Below, in pieces: positions 27,603 through 40,261 of a DNA stretch of 64,000 nucleotides (position 1 is its first letter; every line of letters begins with the position of its first letter). Below the pieces are notes generated by a model. That model was not told the DNA's origin, made no database searches, and saw only the letters and a program-made list of their open reading frames with translations. The position numbers were made by a program, and so were the translations under genes. This DNA comes from the human T2T-CHM13v2.0 reference genome, Homo sapiens: NCBI RefSeq assembly GCF_009914755.1, contig NC_060927.1; one strand, 5' to 3'.

Positions 27603-28126
27603 GATGGCATAAACTTTTCAAAGGTGGCCCCCAGAGAACTATGGCTCCTGGTATTAACATATTTGTGTAGTCTCCTCCTCCATTGCATCTAGGTAGACCA
27701 AATAAAATAAATAAAAGGCAGTAAAAGTAACTCGATGTGACTTTAAGGGTGGATCATAAGAAGCCTAGCAGTTTCCTTCTTGCTCTCTTAGAAGGAGCAC
27801 TCTTGGGGAACCAGCCACCAGGCAAGAAGACTCACTATCTGAGACTGCCATACTGTAAATAAGTCCAAGCTAGCCACATGAAAAAGCTGCATGGGGAGAT
27901 GGAGATGCCCAGTCTGTCTCCTAGTATTCTAGCCTTCTCAGCTGAAGCACTAGACATGTGAGAGAAGAAACCATCTCAGATATGCAGCCCAGTCAAGCTT
28001 TCAGATGACTCCTGTGCTGCCATCTGACTGTAACCACATGAGAGACCCCAAGCAAGATCCACATACTGAACTCAGTCAATTCATAGAATTAATTTTGGGG
28101 TGGGTTGTTACATAGCAACAGAAACT
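27603..28126 (+). mobile_element. MLT1 (G/H-like) MaLR LTR
   Basis: cccagtcaagctttcagatgact..ccatctgactgtaaccacatgagagacccc..ttttggggtgggttgttacatagca. Confidence 0.75.
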
Positions 28127-29559
28127 TGAATAATTTCTTATAAAATCATCGGAGTATAGTGGAGTTCAACCATATTCATGGATTATCATTTATTAGAAAG
28201 AATTCCGGATGATCGTAAAACAATCTTCTGAATTAAAACATAATGAATTAAACCAAATACGCGAGTAGTCATGCTCAAGCTTGGAAACCTTCTGCTGGAA
28301 CTTGAAATGGGAAGGGTGAGTAGTAAAGGGATAGTTTAAGGAAGTTTCAATTACCATTAATCAGAATACACTCATACCATGCTTCTCCGGCCCAGTAGTA
28401 CATAGCGGTACAATAGATCAGCAGGTTTTCACAAGCATAGGTTATAAGTGTAGGTGTAACTAAGGAAGTTTCATTTAATATTTAATTACATTTAATATCA
28501 AGATCATATTCAATATTAAACTGATATTAATTAAATACCTTAATTATAATTATTTTCTATTTCTATATGGCGTCTGGAGATTTCAGTATGTTCTACAGTT
28601 TTCAATTAATATGATTTTATACAGGTTTATGTTAAGAGTAGACGTCTGCTATTAAATATGGCTTTTTTCCTTCTCCTAGTGTGTATTGGGGAATACAGAG
28701 CAATTGAATGTAAAACTTCCCCTGCTCTGTCTGACAGGTTACATGAAGCAAGGAGACAAAAATGATGTCTTATATGTGAACAAATATTGTACTAATTACT
28801 TCTTTTGTAGAGGTCAGTACTGAACATGATGGCAAGTAGTCTCAGTAACAGATTTGAAATCATACAAGAACAAGAAAAAAAGAGAATAACTACTGGAGAA
28901 TATATCGTCCCGACTAATTAATTTTACTAACTGATTCTTTTAAACAATGGATACTTATTATCCATTAGGCATGGTGCAGAGGGCAGAAAGAAGACAAAGA
29001 ACGAAGATAAAAGAAGCCTTTTTCCTCAAGAAGATTGTAATCTAGTGGTGGAGCTGGAAAATAAAGGTAAATAAACAAACAAGCAGAAAGTCAACATAAA
29101 TCTCCTTCAAGATGTCTAATTCTACAGCATGTTAGAAATTCTAGGTAATTCTCTCATACCTGTGGAGAATATAATCTTGGAAAAAATATTCCATATCAGT
29201 TGAGTTGTGAAGACAATTCATTCTTAAAAACAGACACTTTGGCATGTTTGTATATTTGCCTCTAAAATGCACATATGCATATACAGGCATGTAATATTTA
29301 TGTATGCATATGTTCATATATGCTTATTTGATTAATGAATAATATCACACCTTTTCTAAGGCTTGACCTTCAGTTTGGATCTAGATTTTAGCTTAATTTT
29401 ACTCATCCAAAAATACAGATACCAAAAGATAATAGTTTTGCTAATCATTTCTAATTTGCAAATTGACTTTTTAAGGCTTTACTAGAAAATCCTAAAAATC
29501 ATTTTATAAAATATTGTACCTTATTCTCTATTTTAGTTTCTTTCATTGCCAGTTGTCCT

Positions 29560-30125
29560 TGTGACTCCCACTGTTTTCTCTGAATATTTAAAAATTCATC
29601 TGGATATCTCTAGATGGTACCACACTTTTAGGTTGTCCTAATCAATTTCATCAATTTTAGCTTTAAATTAAATGCTCATAATGATTTCTTTCTTTTAGTG
29701 AAAGTGGCACTACGTCCCCAATCTCGTAGACTTAAAAACTTCAAAGCTTTTTTTAATATTTTGTTCTTATATAAAATCATTTGCTAACTCCCAGGCACAA
29801 TCAACCTCTGTCTCTTGAAGTTTTTCTGAAGTTCTTTCTGTGCTTAACACTATCTCCTAAATTCTGGTTTCATAATTATTCATCTGCACCCACCACCATT
29901 TTCCTGATACACTCCCAATTACTTTTACCTATACTATTTCTTTTTCAATTGCAGTCATCAGCTTCTAACATATGAGATTATTAACTGATTATGTATATGG
30001 ATTATCTCATGTCTTTCCCTGCTGGAATGTGAGTTCTATAAAGGTGAGATCTTTAAATTATCCCAAACACTTAGGACATTACCTAGCACATAGTAGATCT
30101 CAATAAACAGTAGTTGAATGAATGC
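29560..30125 (+). mobile_element. L2 fragment including 3' end
   Basis: ctggaatgtgagttctataaagg..cctagcacatagtagatctcaataaac..ttgaatgaatg. Confidence 0.65.
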
Positions 30126-30759
30126 AAAATACTGTATCTAAGTCATGTTGCTTTCTGTAAGAATTTTAAAAATACTTTTAACATTTAATACTTCCTTCTT
30201 TTCTTTTCTCTCTCACACCATTTACAAAAAGATTTGTGCCCATGATGTGTTCAAGATATTTGCTTGAAATTAAAAGTATATACTTAGGCCTCTGGTTCAT
30301 AGACGTACAAAGAACCAATAGTTTTAATCTAAAAGTGCAATTGTCTCCAGCTTTATTTCTTGTGTAAAAGACATCATTACAAATAACATATCAGAGCTAC
30401 CTTCTTATTTGAAATTTTTGTTTTTTTAACATATCTTACAGGTTCTGTTTCTCACACAGTTCTTAGGTTTATCTAGCAGGTATTTCATTTAGCTATGATA
30501 TTCTGACTTGGTCTCAGTTCTTGGTATTCCATTTTTAAAAATCTTTGCACGTCTTTGTATGTGCCTGTACTTAAGCCAGTAATCATATTACATTTGTTGT
30601 GTTTTTTTTCTTGAGTTGTATTACATTGTTCTTTGACCATGGAAGCCATTTGGCAATGGACAGTGAGGTAATTTTAAAAATTATAATAGCTTCAATAATT
30701 GGCCAAATAAAAACAAATTGGTATAAGAAAACATTGATTAAATCTGGTAATTTTTTTAT

Positions 30760-31030
30760 TTGTAATCATTAATACAACAGTGCAGTACTTATTTTGTAGC
30801 TCAAATTGCTTCAGTTTTGACCACTAGGAACTCTTTTCAATCAGCCCCTGTGTCCTTTTTAAATGCTGTGTTTCTCTGGTTTTTGAACACTTTCTTACTT
30901 TCTGGCAAAGCAAGGTGCTCCACATTCAATATTCCCTGGCTCAGTCATGGAATCAGACATTTCTCTAAGAAGCTTTAGTTCCTATTATTGGAAAATGATA
31001 TTTAGAACTAGTGCTGAGTGTGCTCTTTGC
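30760..31030 (-). mobile_element. L1MC/MD-like 3'UTR fragment
   Basis: gctcaaattg..cagttttgacca..ttcttactttctggca..tggaatcagacatttctctaagaagc. Confidence 0.6.
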
Positions 31031-31039
31031 TACTCTTTT

Positions 31040-32057
31040 ATTCATTTTATTTTTAATTTGTGTGACAATCTTTGGCTTGGAAATGGAAAATTTAGTTTAT
31101 TATTTAAATCCAAATTAAATTTGGATTTAAATCTACTATTTGAATATTTATTTTGTATTTGTTCAACTTATTTTGTTTCTTTAATTTCTTATGTTATTTT
31201 CATCTGATTAAATCCTTGTTATTCTAAGTCTCATTCATTTGTAAGAAATACACTACTTAGACAATGCTAGTGTTTACACTAGAATTAAAGCATTCATTCT
31301 TGACTTATCAAAGTCTAATAAAACTATCTACCCTCTTTATGGACAATGCAAAAACCTTATATCCCTTTCACTCCATTTACTTCATATAAGTTTAAAAAGA
31401 AGTAGAAAAATAAAAAGAGGCTTAACTATTCCTATTACTGTTCATATTTAGTTGTATTTCTTTTAGTTTTAGTTTTCTTCTGTAGTTTTTTAAAAATAGC
31501 AGCTTGATTGAACATAATAAATCTCTTTCTGGACAGTGCAAAAACCTTATAATCTTTTCACTCCATTTATTTTTCTCCTAACTTGCACGCTATTCTTGTC
31601 ATTTATTTTGACATTCTCTATATGCTATATATGTTTTAGACACTGTTTCTATTATTTTATATAATCTGTTTTAATTTAGATTTGTCCATACTTTTACCTC
31701 TTTCTTTGTTCTTTATTCCTTTCTGCATATCTAAGTTGCATCTGTAGTGAAATGATTACCTTTAGTGAAGATCTATTGGTGATGAATTTTTTCATATTTT
31801 CTCTTTGTGACAATGTCTATAATTCGTATATATTTTTGAAGGATATTTTCCACGGAAATAGAATTCTTGGCACATAGGTATATTCATCAGTACTTTAAAA
31901 ATATTTTATTATCATCTGGCTTTACTGAGAAGTCAGATGTCAGTCTAATTGTTGCTCCTTTTTAGATATTGTCATCCCTCCTCCTTTCCCCCAGATAATT
32001 TGAATATTTTCTTTCTGTCATTGGTTTTCAGAACTTTTAATAGAATTATCCAAATCT

Positions 32058-32093
<36 letters not shown>

Positions 32094-33270
32094 GTATGCT
32101 CACATGCTGTTCTAGCTTTTTGGATTTCGTGTTTGTGAAGCTTTTTGAATCTGCGACTTGATGTTTTTTGGTCAATTTTTTGAAAATTCCCAATACCTGT
32201 AATTATCTTTTAAAGTATTGCTTCTATCCTTCCTCCTGTCTAGGTATGTCTCTCTCTCTCTCTCTCTCTTTTCCTTTTCTCTTTCTCTGTATCTATTCAT
32301 ATCTATATTTACATCTATCTCTTTCATTTTTTTGTTCTCTTTCTGTTAGGACTTCATTCCAGATATTTTCTTTTGATTTATCTTCCAGTTTATAAACACT
32401 CTCTCCAGTTTTGTTTTAGCCACTAATAAAACTTTCATTGAGTTCCAAGTATAATTTACTTACTATAATTTTCACATCTAAAATTTCAGTTTTGTTCTTT
32501 GTTGTGGTTTTAAGTTCCCTAACAAGCTTTTCAATTTTCTTATTTATCTTCTTAATTAAGTTTAGTTGATTTCCATTTTGTTTTTTCCCTGTATTCCATT
32601 ATCTTGACATCCTGTAAAGCTGTTTCTATTGACTCTTTTTTCTCTTGGCTTTCATTCATTTGTTTTATCTCAGAGTATATAATTTAGTTTTCATTGAGAG
32701 TCAGTCATTTATATGAAACACCGTAGTGCTAATTGAATCTTCTACAAATAATTTACTCTTGATACTGGTGGGTGGTTAGGACATTTACAATTCCAGCTAA
32801 CTTAATTACATTCAGAGTTTTTGATGCTTTCAAGCTAGGCTTTAGCAGCTCCAGTAGAGAGCCTACTTTGAGTTTCTCTTCATTCTTAGATAATAGCCTT
32901 TCAGAGTCCTATTTCAGAGTGTATTTTTGAGAATGTTTACCAAAATATTCTCTCTTGGTAGACGCTGGAATTCATCTTCCTAGTTTGGAAGCTAGTCAAA
33001 GTATTCATTAGGTTATTAACTTCTCAGTCATCAGCAGATGCCTCTAATGGAAAATGACATCTCCTCAACACAATGCTTATCAGTCTGGGGATCCTTCTTT
33101 TCCTGAATCTAAGTTTTGTGAACCTTCACTGTCTTCTTACTTCTCTGAGGTATTTCAGCAGATTTTTTAAAAGTGTTTTATCTAGTCTTTCTTGTGATTC
33201 TCAGTGCGAAGTTTCGTTCAAAATGCTTATTCTAATGTTATCAGAAGCAGAAGTTTGGCATCCATATTTC
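31040..33270 (-). mobile_element. Ancient L1M/HAL1-like 5' and ORF1 region, heavily degraded
   Basis: tttttgaaggatattttc..atagaattcttgg..gagaagtcagatgtcagtctaattgttgctcc, typical of antisense L1 ORF1; boundaries approximate. Confidence 0.55.
32061..32095. repeat. (TG)n microsatellite
   Basis: TG run. Confidence 0.9.
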
Positions 33271-33339
33271 CTTGTGATCTTACGAAAATTTAAAGAAAAT
33301 CCAAAATGTGGATAGATCACCACTCAAAATTTTTCATTC

Positions 33340-33395
<56 letters not shown>
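33340..33395. repeat. Compound (AT)n(GT)n microsatellite
   Basis: 56 nt of uninterrupted alternating purine/pyrimidine. Confidence 0.95.
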
Positions 33396-33396
<1 letters not shown>

Positions 33397-34014
33397 CGTT
33401 TTTGTAAACTACATATATAACTTTCTTTTTCATTAAAAAAAATGTTATTTTTACCTGATTGTCCACAGGCTTTGTGTCCAGATCCCAAAGATACAGATTA
33501 CATTCTGATGGACACAACTTTCATGTGCAATAATCTGGTCTTTCTTGTATGTAAATCATTAGTTAGGTACAGAGTAAAATTATTTACAGAATTTTTTCTT
33601 AGTAAATTATATTTTAAAATTAAAGTTCAAGGTTCTTTGGTAACACACAACAGAAACAAACTATGATTGTCAAGAGCCTTGAGTAGTTCTGAGGATTTTA
33701 GAAGTAGGAGCTAATAGATAGACTTTTCAGAGGTATGCTCTGGGTTGAATAAACTCCAAACAGTTTTATGCATTGGGTCTCTGCTCAAAACACTTATTTT
33801 GCCTTGGAGCCCTATTAACAAGGAAAAGTACCACTCAACATTTAAAAAACATAACCATTTACGGAGAAATTTGTTTTTTCCAGACACTGTTATAGATCTC
33901 ACTTGATTGCATATTCATAACAACTTTGCAAGATAAATATTACAATTATCATAGTATACAAATTTTAAATAACTTGCCTATTTATTTTCCTGGAGTCAGA
34001 GAATTATGAGTAAT

Positions 34015-34137
34015 ACTGATCTTACTTTGGAGGAAAAAATAGGCTTGAAGAGTTGAAATAATGTTCTTAAAAATATAGGATCAGTAAGTGACAAACCAGG
34101 ATTTCCACTTTGATTTCAGTCTTTCTTCTGTACCACA
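34015..34137 (-). mobile_element. MIR fragment
   Basis: gaggaaaaaataggcttgaagagttgaaataa..agtaagtgacaaaccaggattt. Confidence 0.5.
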
Positions 34138-34199
34138 TTATATCTTTATATTTGAAAACTGCTCATTTTTATGAAATTCATAAGGAAAAGTTATGACAG

Positions 34200-34291
34200 A
34201 AAATTGGCTTTCTTTGCTGAACTTAAGAGAGTGATAAAAATTGCAAAATAATTTATATCACTCTCTTAAGGTCAGCAAGAAAGCCAATTTT
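34200..34291. repeat. Long inverted repeat (37/36-nt arms, 19-nt spacer)
   Basis: aaaattggctttctttgctgaacttaagagagtgata ... tatcactctcttaaggtcagcaagaaagccaatttt; one mismatch and one bulge. Confidence 0.95.
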
Positions 34292-36789
34292 TGGTTGTGT
34301 GTTCATTTTGTCACTACATCTTCAAGATTGTAATCTGTGTTGGGGTATAGCTACCTTACAACAATTATAATGTTTTAAAAAGATGACAAAAAATAAAATA
34401 GTATAAAATATGTATATTCCAGAATGGAGCTGGACATCATATTGCTGGACATCAAGAGAATAGGATCCAGTACTGATATGGAACAATATTACCATTGATT
34501 AGTTAATATAAGTCATTAGAAGCTCATCAATAAGACCAGGCTTATCTATACTAGAACAGGTCGCTTTAGAGAAATTTCTAGATTAAAAATACAATTTTAT
34601 TATTTTAGCTGAGAGTAAGCCTTTCGAAAGTCAGAGGAATTATATAGCTTGTCATTAGTGTTAGAAATCCTCAAAATCCAAACTAATACTCTCTGGCAAA
34701 ACTTGCAAGAATTTGAGGTATACTTGAAAGCTAGTTTTCTTTATGCCTAACTCCCAAACATTCTTTAAAAGCCACCTTATCCAGTAGCTTAGTATTCTTT
34801 TTATTTCACATAATTTTTTCTACATTTATGATAAGGTAAAAATTGATTACCTATAACTGAGCCATAATGTCAATAATTCATGTGTCACCTTATTTATGTG
34901 GCATCCCATTTGTAAACTGATGCCTGAAAATCACCTACTCAAAATCCTGAGCATGATAACCTGATTTGTTTTAGTTCCCTCCATGAAATTATACACACAA
35001 AACCTTCTAAAAAAGTTTCTAAGTCAGATGCTTTCTTTTGTCATGGTATCAAATTATAATAATTTAATTTTAGCCTATCTTTATTCATATTTTAAGGTCT
35101 CTCATGCTAATAGAATATTATGATATATTAAAATTATTATTTTATTTACAGCACAGTGGGACTCTATTGGATATTTATACTCATTAAATCTATTCTCAGA
35201 GTTTGCAAGTATAAATTATAGAATGGCAGTGTATAATTAGATGTAAGTACTTTTTTCAATGTAAATAACAAAATACGCCTAGACAGTTAAGGACATAAAA
35301 CTAAACTATGGAATCTAGTACTTTGATAATAACGTATTAATTTAAATATTATTAATGAGGTTATTTTTGTTGTTATTAAATGAAACAACTGCTAGAAATG
35401 AAGACCAATTATTATGAAAAGATGAGATGGTACTTAACCAGAAGGTTCTCCTGGCAGGCTTGGTGCATCTTGGTGGGTATATCTGGTATGGATAGGTGCA
35501 GGATGGAAGTCAGCACAAGCAATAGATCCCAGAGAAAGAGGAACAGAATAGTATACAATGACCTTCCATGCCAGCTGGGAGGGGAATGCAACCTGCAGGT
35601 ATGAGCATAAAATACAGGGACTTTACCTGCTGACATAACCTAGAATTCTCACTTTCTTTTATATAGTCCAAACACTATATATTTGCTTTTTGTGCTATAT
35701 TGTGTTTCACATTCATTAAAGTTTTTTATTATGTCTTTATTACATCTTCCTAAGAGAGGTATTTTTCTATATTTTGAAGGTAGCAATTTTTCTATTTAGC
35801 AATATTACACAAAACTAATTACATGAAAATGTTAAGGCTTTCTTTCCCTGAGATAGTTATTTTATAATGTTATTACACTTAGGTTATCTTCTCACAACTG
35901 TTCCTCAAGGAATGTATTATTATTCTTCTTCTAAAGACTCCTATTTGGTGACGTGAAGTTCTCTCAGTCAATGTATTAGCAGAACCATTTTCTAAACCCA
36001 GATTTTTCTGGCTAACCCTTAATGCTTTCTGCAGTCCAGAATGATGCAAAAATTATTTGTTTCCCAAAAACCAAGACTATGTACACTTTCAAGTAATATA
36101 TTCTCTTCTGTATATAAAGGTTGCGTAACAAACCCACCATCATTATAAAATGAATTCATCTGCAATTTTGTTTTTGTTTTTTAATTTTGTATTTCCTATG
36201 CATTTGCAAAATGGCTGAGTAGGCAGTTACACATGAGTGAAATTGTATGTCTTATAAGAGATCAAATCTGAAAGCTTAACATCAATAATATCATGCTCTG
36301 ATCTTCGTGGTGATATTTTTGCACCAAAAATCATTATACATATTTTTGACTATCATAGGATGACTGAGTTTGAACGGCCCTTGCAAAAATGTATCTTTGG
36401 ACTGCCATGTATTTTTTCAGTATTTTCTATACTCCTTTCTGTCTTTTTCACTCTTTTTCCCAGTCCATTTTATTTCATTTTGTATTTTTTCATAGGCTGG
36501 TTATCATTTTTTAAATATGTTAACCGATCATATTTAAAATAAAATATGGTTTCACATAAAGTTCTGAAGAATGGAACCATAACATTAAAATACCAAATGA
36601 TAGAGTTTCTGTTTTAGATGTCTTCCTTTATGTCCTCCTCAAAGCACAGCATATGTGGTTGCCCAATCTACTAAACTGTAAATTGTAAAAAAAAAAAAAA
36701 AGAAAATTATGTGTATTTGTTTTGTACAAATCTCTCTGTGTGTGTACTCATATATGCATGAATAAATACTTAGAAAACTACCTTTATGC

Positions 36790-36825
36790 ATATATATAGT
36801 ATATATATATATATATATATATATA
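36790..36825. repeat. (TA)n microsatellite
   Basis: TA run. Confidence 0.9.
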
Positions 36826-37196
36826 CTAACAGGTGCTGGTAAATGTTTCTGCATAAAAATATAATCTATCTCCTCTGACCTCTCATAAGACAAGTTCTAA
36901 TTTGAAACAATTTAAGGAGGACTTTGAGAATAGTTAAATATTTAATCCTTTTAATACACAAAAAGAAGAGCTAATTGAGGTAGAGAAATGTCAGAATAAA
37001 ACTTATAGGAAAATATAACCATAATACCTTTCCGTCAGGTCCACACTAAAAATTAAAAAAAAAACCCTAGATTTTACTCAGGCATTGTTTTCTTGATATT
37101 ATATCCAGTGTTAGTTGCAACATCTACATTAAAAATAATTAATTTTTTAACAATACCAATTTGTTAATAGCACTTATGAGTCAAAAAATTATGCCA

Positions 37197-37267
37197 TTAA
37201 GTTGGTGCAAAAGTAATTGTCATTGAAAGTAATGGCAAAAACAGCAATTACTTTTGCACCAACTGAA
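37197..37267. mobile_element. MADE1 (Hsmar1 MITE) with a short deletion in one arm
   Basis: ttaagttggtgcaaaagtaattg..cattgaaagtaatggcaaaaacagcaattacttttgcaccaac. Confidence 0.92.
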
Positions 37268-37894
37268 TAAACAAAAGTCAATGCTTTTTCTTCTTTTGAA
37301 GTTATTTGCCAACAGGTGGTTAAATAACACATGCAAATGGAAAAACTAAGCCAACTAACCACTATACTTAAATGACTATATTTAAGCAACCACTCTGTTT
37401 ACCTTTTATCTAGTCTGAATAGATCCTTTTTAATTACTGCTAATTATTTAAGATATTTTTACATCCCCCAGAAGATTTAGTCTAAATAAATTTAATTTCT
37501 TTAAACTCTCCTCCAGTTATAGGCAAATACAGTAAGAAGCCCCATAGGTATGGCAGTAATGTAGTCATAAACGCAGATGCATTGAAATGAGTAGTGCAAG
37601 GAAGTCTTCCCCGAAAGAGGGGAAGAAAAAGCTGTATGGTTGGAGATGCAAGAAGCAAACATAAAGCACACAGTTGAAACATTTAGGATGACTGTGAAAA
37701 AGGTCTATGTTCACTTGTTAAAGAATGTGCTAGGGCAGACTAAAGCATGTGAATAGTTCTTTCACAGGTCACAGCATCCATTCAGCCCATGGACATTGTT
37801 ATTACCCGACAGGAATAGATGGGCCTAATTAATATTCTGAACATACCTGAGAGAACATTCTTAAGGAAATCATCCTCTGGTGGTTTGGAAATTT

Positions 37895-37997
37895 AAAAAA
37901 AGAAAGGAAGAAAAAATAAGAAGAGAAAAGGAAAGAAAAGAAAAAAAGGAAGAGAAAGAAAAGAAAGAAAAAGAAAGGAGAAAGAAAGAAAGAGAGA
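37895..37997. repeat. GA-rich polypurine tract ((GAAA)n-like)
   Basis: ~100 nt of almost only A and G. Confidence 0.9.
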
Positions 37998-39369
37998 CTT
38001 AACAGCAAGCATTAAAAATTGGATCAAGATAACAAAGTCAATAGCTCTCGGTGTTTAATGCCAGCTATGAACAGGAGTCTTGTTTGAGTACATTTCTTAG
38101 TATTAAGAGTTGTGCTTTGTGAATTAAAGTTGAACAGTAGTTTAAATTTACTAGTAATTATATTCTTGACATTTTGTTGAATAACAGGCAAAAATCAGCT
38201 ACAGAACGTTTGTCATAGGAAACTTGCAAATTCATATAGTAATGAATAATGAAGCAATTTATTAGTTAGATACTTATTAATGTAAAATGTATACACTGAA
38301 AATGCAATATCAGAACACACATTTGGCATTTAAATGGAAAAGTGGGAATGTCGTTGGAGAAACAACCACCTACAATGAATATTTTAAATATTTCAAAATG
38401 TGTTCTAGATAAATTGTTAAATATTAATTTCAGTATATGATTAAATCCACATATCTCATATGCAGCTAGCATATAGTCAGCAACGAACTTTTCAATTTTT
38501 TTATTTTGAACATTTATAATAGAATATCATTTATGCAAGATTACCTATAATTGTACTTATAAAAATATGTTGTTAATAGTGATTTAAAAGTGTGACAAAT
38601 TTATAAATACAATAAAAATAAAAAATATTTGACTTAAAATAGAAGTTGAAATGCATACATATATACACATATTAGTGAAAGAAAAGGATAACACTATAAA
38701 ATATTTTATACAATAAGATAAAAGTACTTACTGAAGAAATTCATTGTTAGAGTTTCTATTCTATTTAAATACCTGCATTTAACAAACTAATTCATTCTGA
38801 AATGGGAGTCAAGTGTTTAGTGCCCAAACCCAATACAGTACATATAAAACAAAATCCCTTTTGAAATGAATGGAGCCATTCATTTCCAACACACAAAAAG
38901 CTGCACTTCCTTTGTCATGCTTCTCTAAAGCCCCTTGATAGCATTATTCCTTTTTACGGTGCTTTAGTTATAGATGTTTCTCTGCTGAAAAATCACAAAA
39001 AAAAAACGACAAGTAGCAAATACCTAAATATGTAACAGATGTATAAGTGTTCCTTGGGATAAATAAGTTATGGACAATTAACTGTCATCATATCCCTGTC
39101 TCTGTTTCTACTTGCTCCTGTAGTGTACACCTGTGGCTTATTAGGAATATCACCAAAGTGGTGACACAAATTCCAGGTTCAAAGGTAACCTAGGAAAATC
39201 TGCTTTCTTACTCCTTGAGTGTTTCTTATAAAAAGAACAATAAACAGTGTAGAAACAAAGCAGTGTATGAATATCTTTTATCTTTGTCTGATTGTAAGTA
39301 TATTTCAAATTGGCTAATCTAAGGAGGATTTGACACTACTTCAAAAGGTGCTAAATGCAACTGGTCTAT

Positions 39370-39585
39370 TTTGAATTCTAACAAACCAAACCAATTGTTA
39401 AAAATTTTATGAAAAAAATCAGAGAAATTTGAATACTGGTTAGATTTTTGATGACACTGAGGAATAGTTACTTTTTTCATGATTTTGAGACACACATGAT
39501 GAAGTATTCATGGGTGAAATAGTGTGCTTACCAGAATATTCTTCAAAATAGTTGGAATGGTGAGAGGGAAGTGGATGAAAGTATT
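39370..39585 (+). mobile_element. L1ME-like 3'UTR fragment (continues at ~40263-40335)
   Basis: gaaatttgaatactggttagatttttgatga..gaagtattcatgggtgaaat; later gtatatttgaataattccataataaaa. Confidence 0.55.
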
Positions 39586-40087
39586 GTGTTGATTTAAAAA
39601 TTTGTCTAAAAATTATTTGATAATCCTCTTTTCAACAAGTGGAGACTAATTCCTCTCTTCTTGAATGTGAGCAATGTTTAGTGACTTACTCCTAATAAAT
39701 AGAATGTGACAGAAGTGACAATGTGTGATCTCCAACACCAAGTCATTAAAAAGCATGGTGCCTTCCTCTTTGTCTTCTATCTTATCTCTCTTGCTCTGTA
39801 GGAAAGCAGTGGCCATGTATGTCATGAGGACATTCCAGTAACCCCATGTGGTAAGGAACCAAGTCAGCCTGCCAACAACCACTGAAAAACTGAGCCCTCC
39901 TGCTGACAGCCATGTGAGAGGAACACCTGGGAAGTGGATCCTCCAGGCCTGGTCATACTTCAGATGACTGCAGCCCAAGCCAACATCTTGCTTGAGTGGA
40001 GCCTCATGAGTGACTCAGTCAAAACCACACAGCTGAGATATTTCCAACCCACAGATACTGAGATAATAAATGTTTATTGCTACTAGG
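39586..40087 (+). mobile_element. MLT1F-like MaLR LTR
   Basis: cttgaatgtgag..gtgacttactcctaataaatagaatgtgacagaagtgac..cttcagatgactgcagccc..gagataataaatgttt. Confidence 0.8.
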
Positions 40088-40261
40088 TTTCCTTCCTTCC
40101 TTCCTTCCTTCCTTTTTCTCTTCTCTTCTCCTTCCTTCCTTCCTCCCTCCCTCTCCTCCTCCTCCGTCTTCTTCCTCTTCCTCTTCTTCCTCTTCCCCTT
40201 CCCCTTCCTCTTCCTCCTTCTTTCTTTCTTACTTTCTTTCTCTTTCTTTCTTTCTTTCTCT
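40088..40261. repeat. Pyrimidine-only low-complexity tract ((CCTT)n, (TCC)n, (TTC)n, (TTTC)n)
   Basis: ~174 nt of almost exclusively C and T. Confidence 0.95.

Noticed and set aside
28260-28460. Possible NUMT, suggested by strand-skewed composition and retained CpGs
   Set aside because: I could not align it to any mitochondrial gene I recall beyond a few bases. BLAST would be needed.
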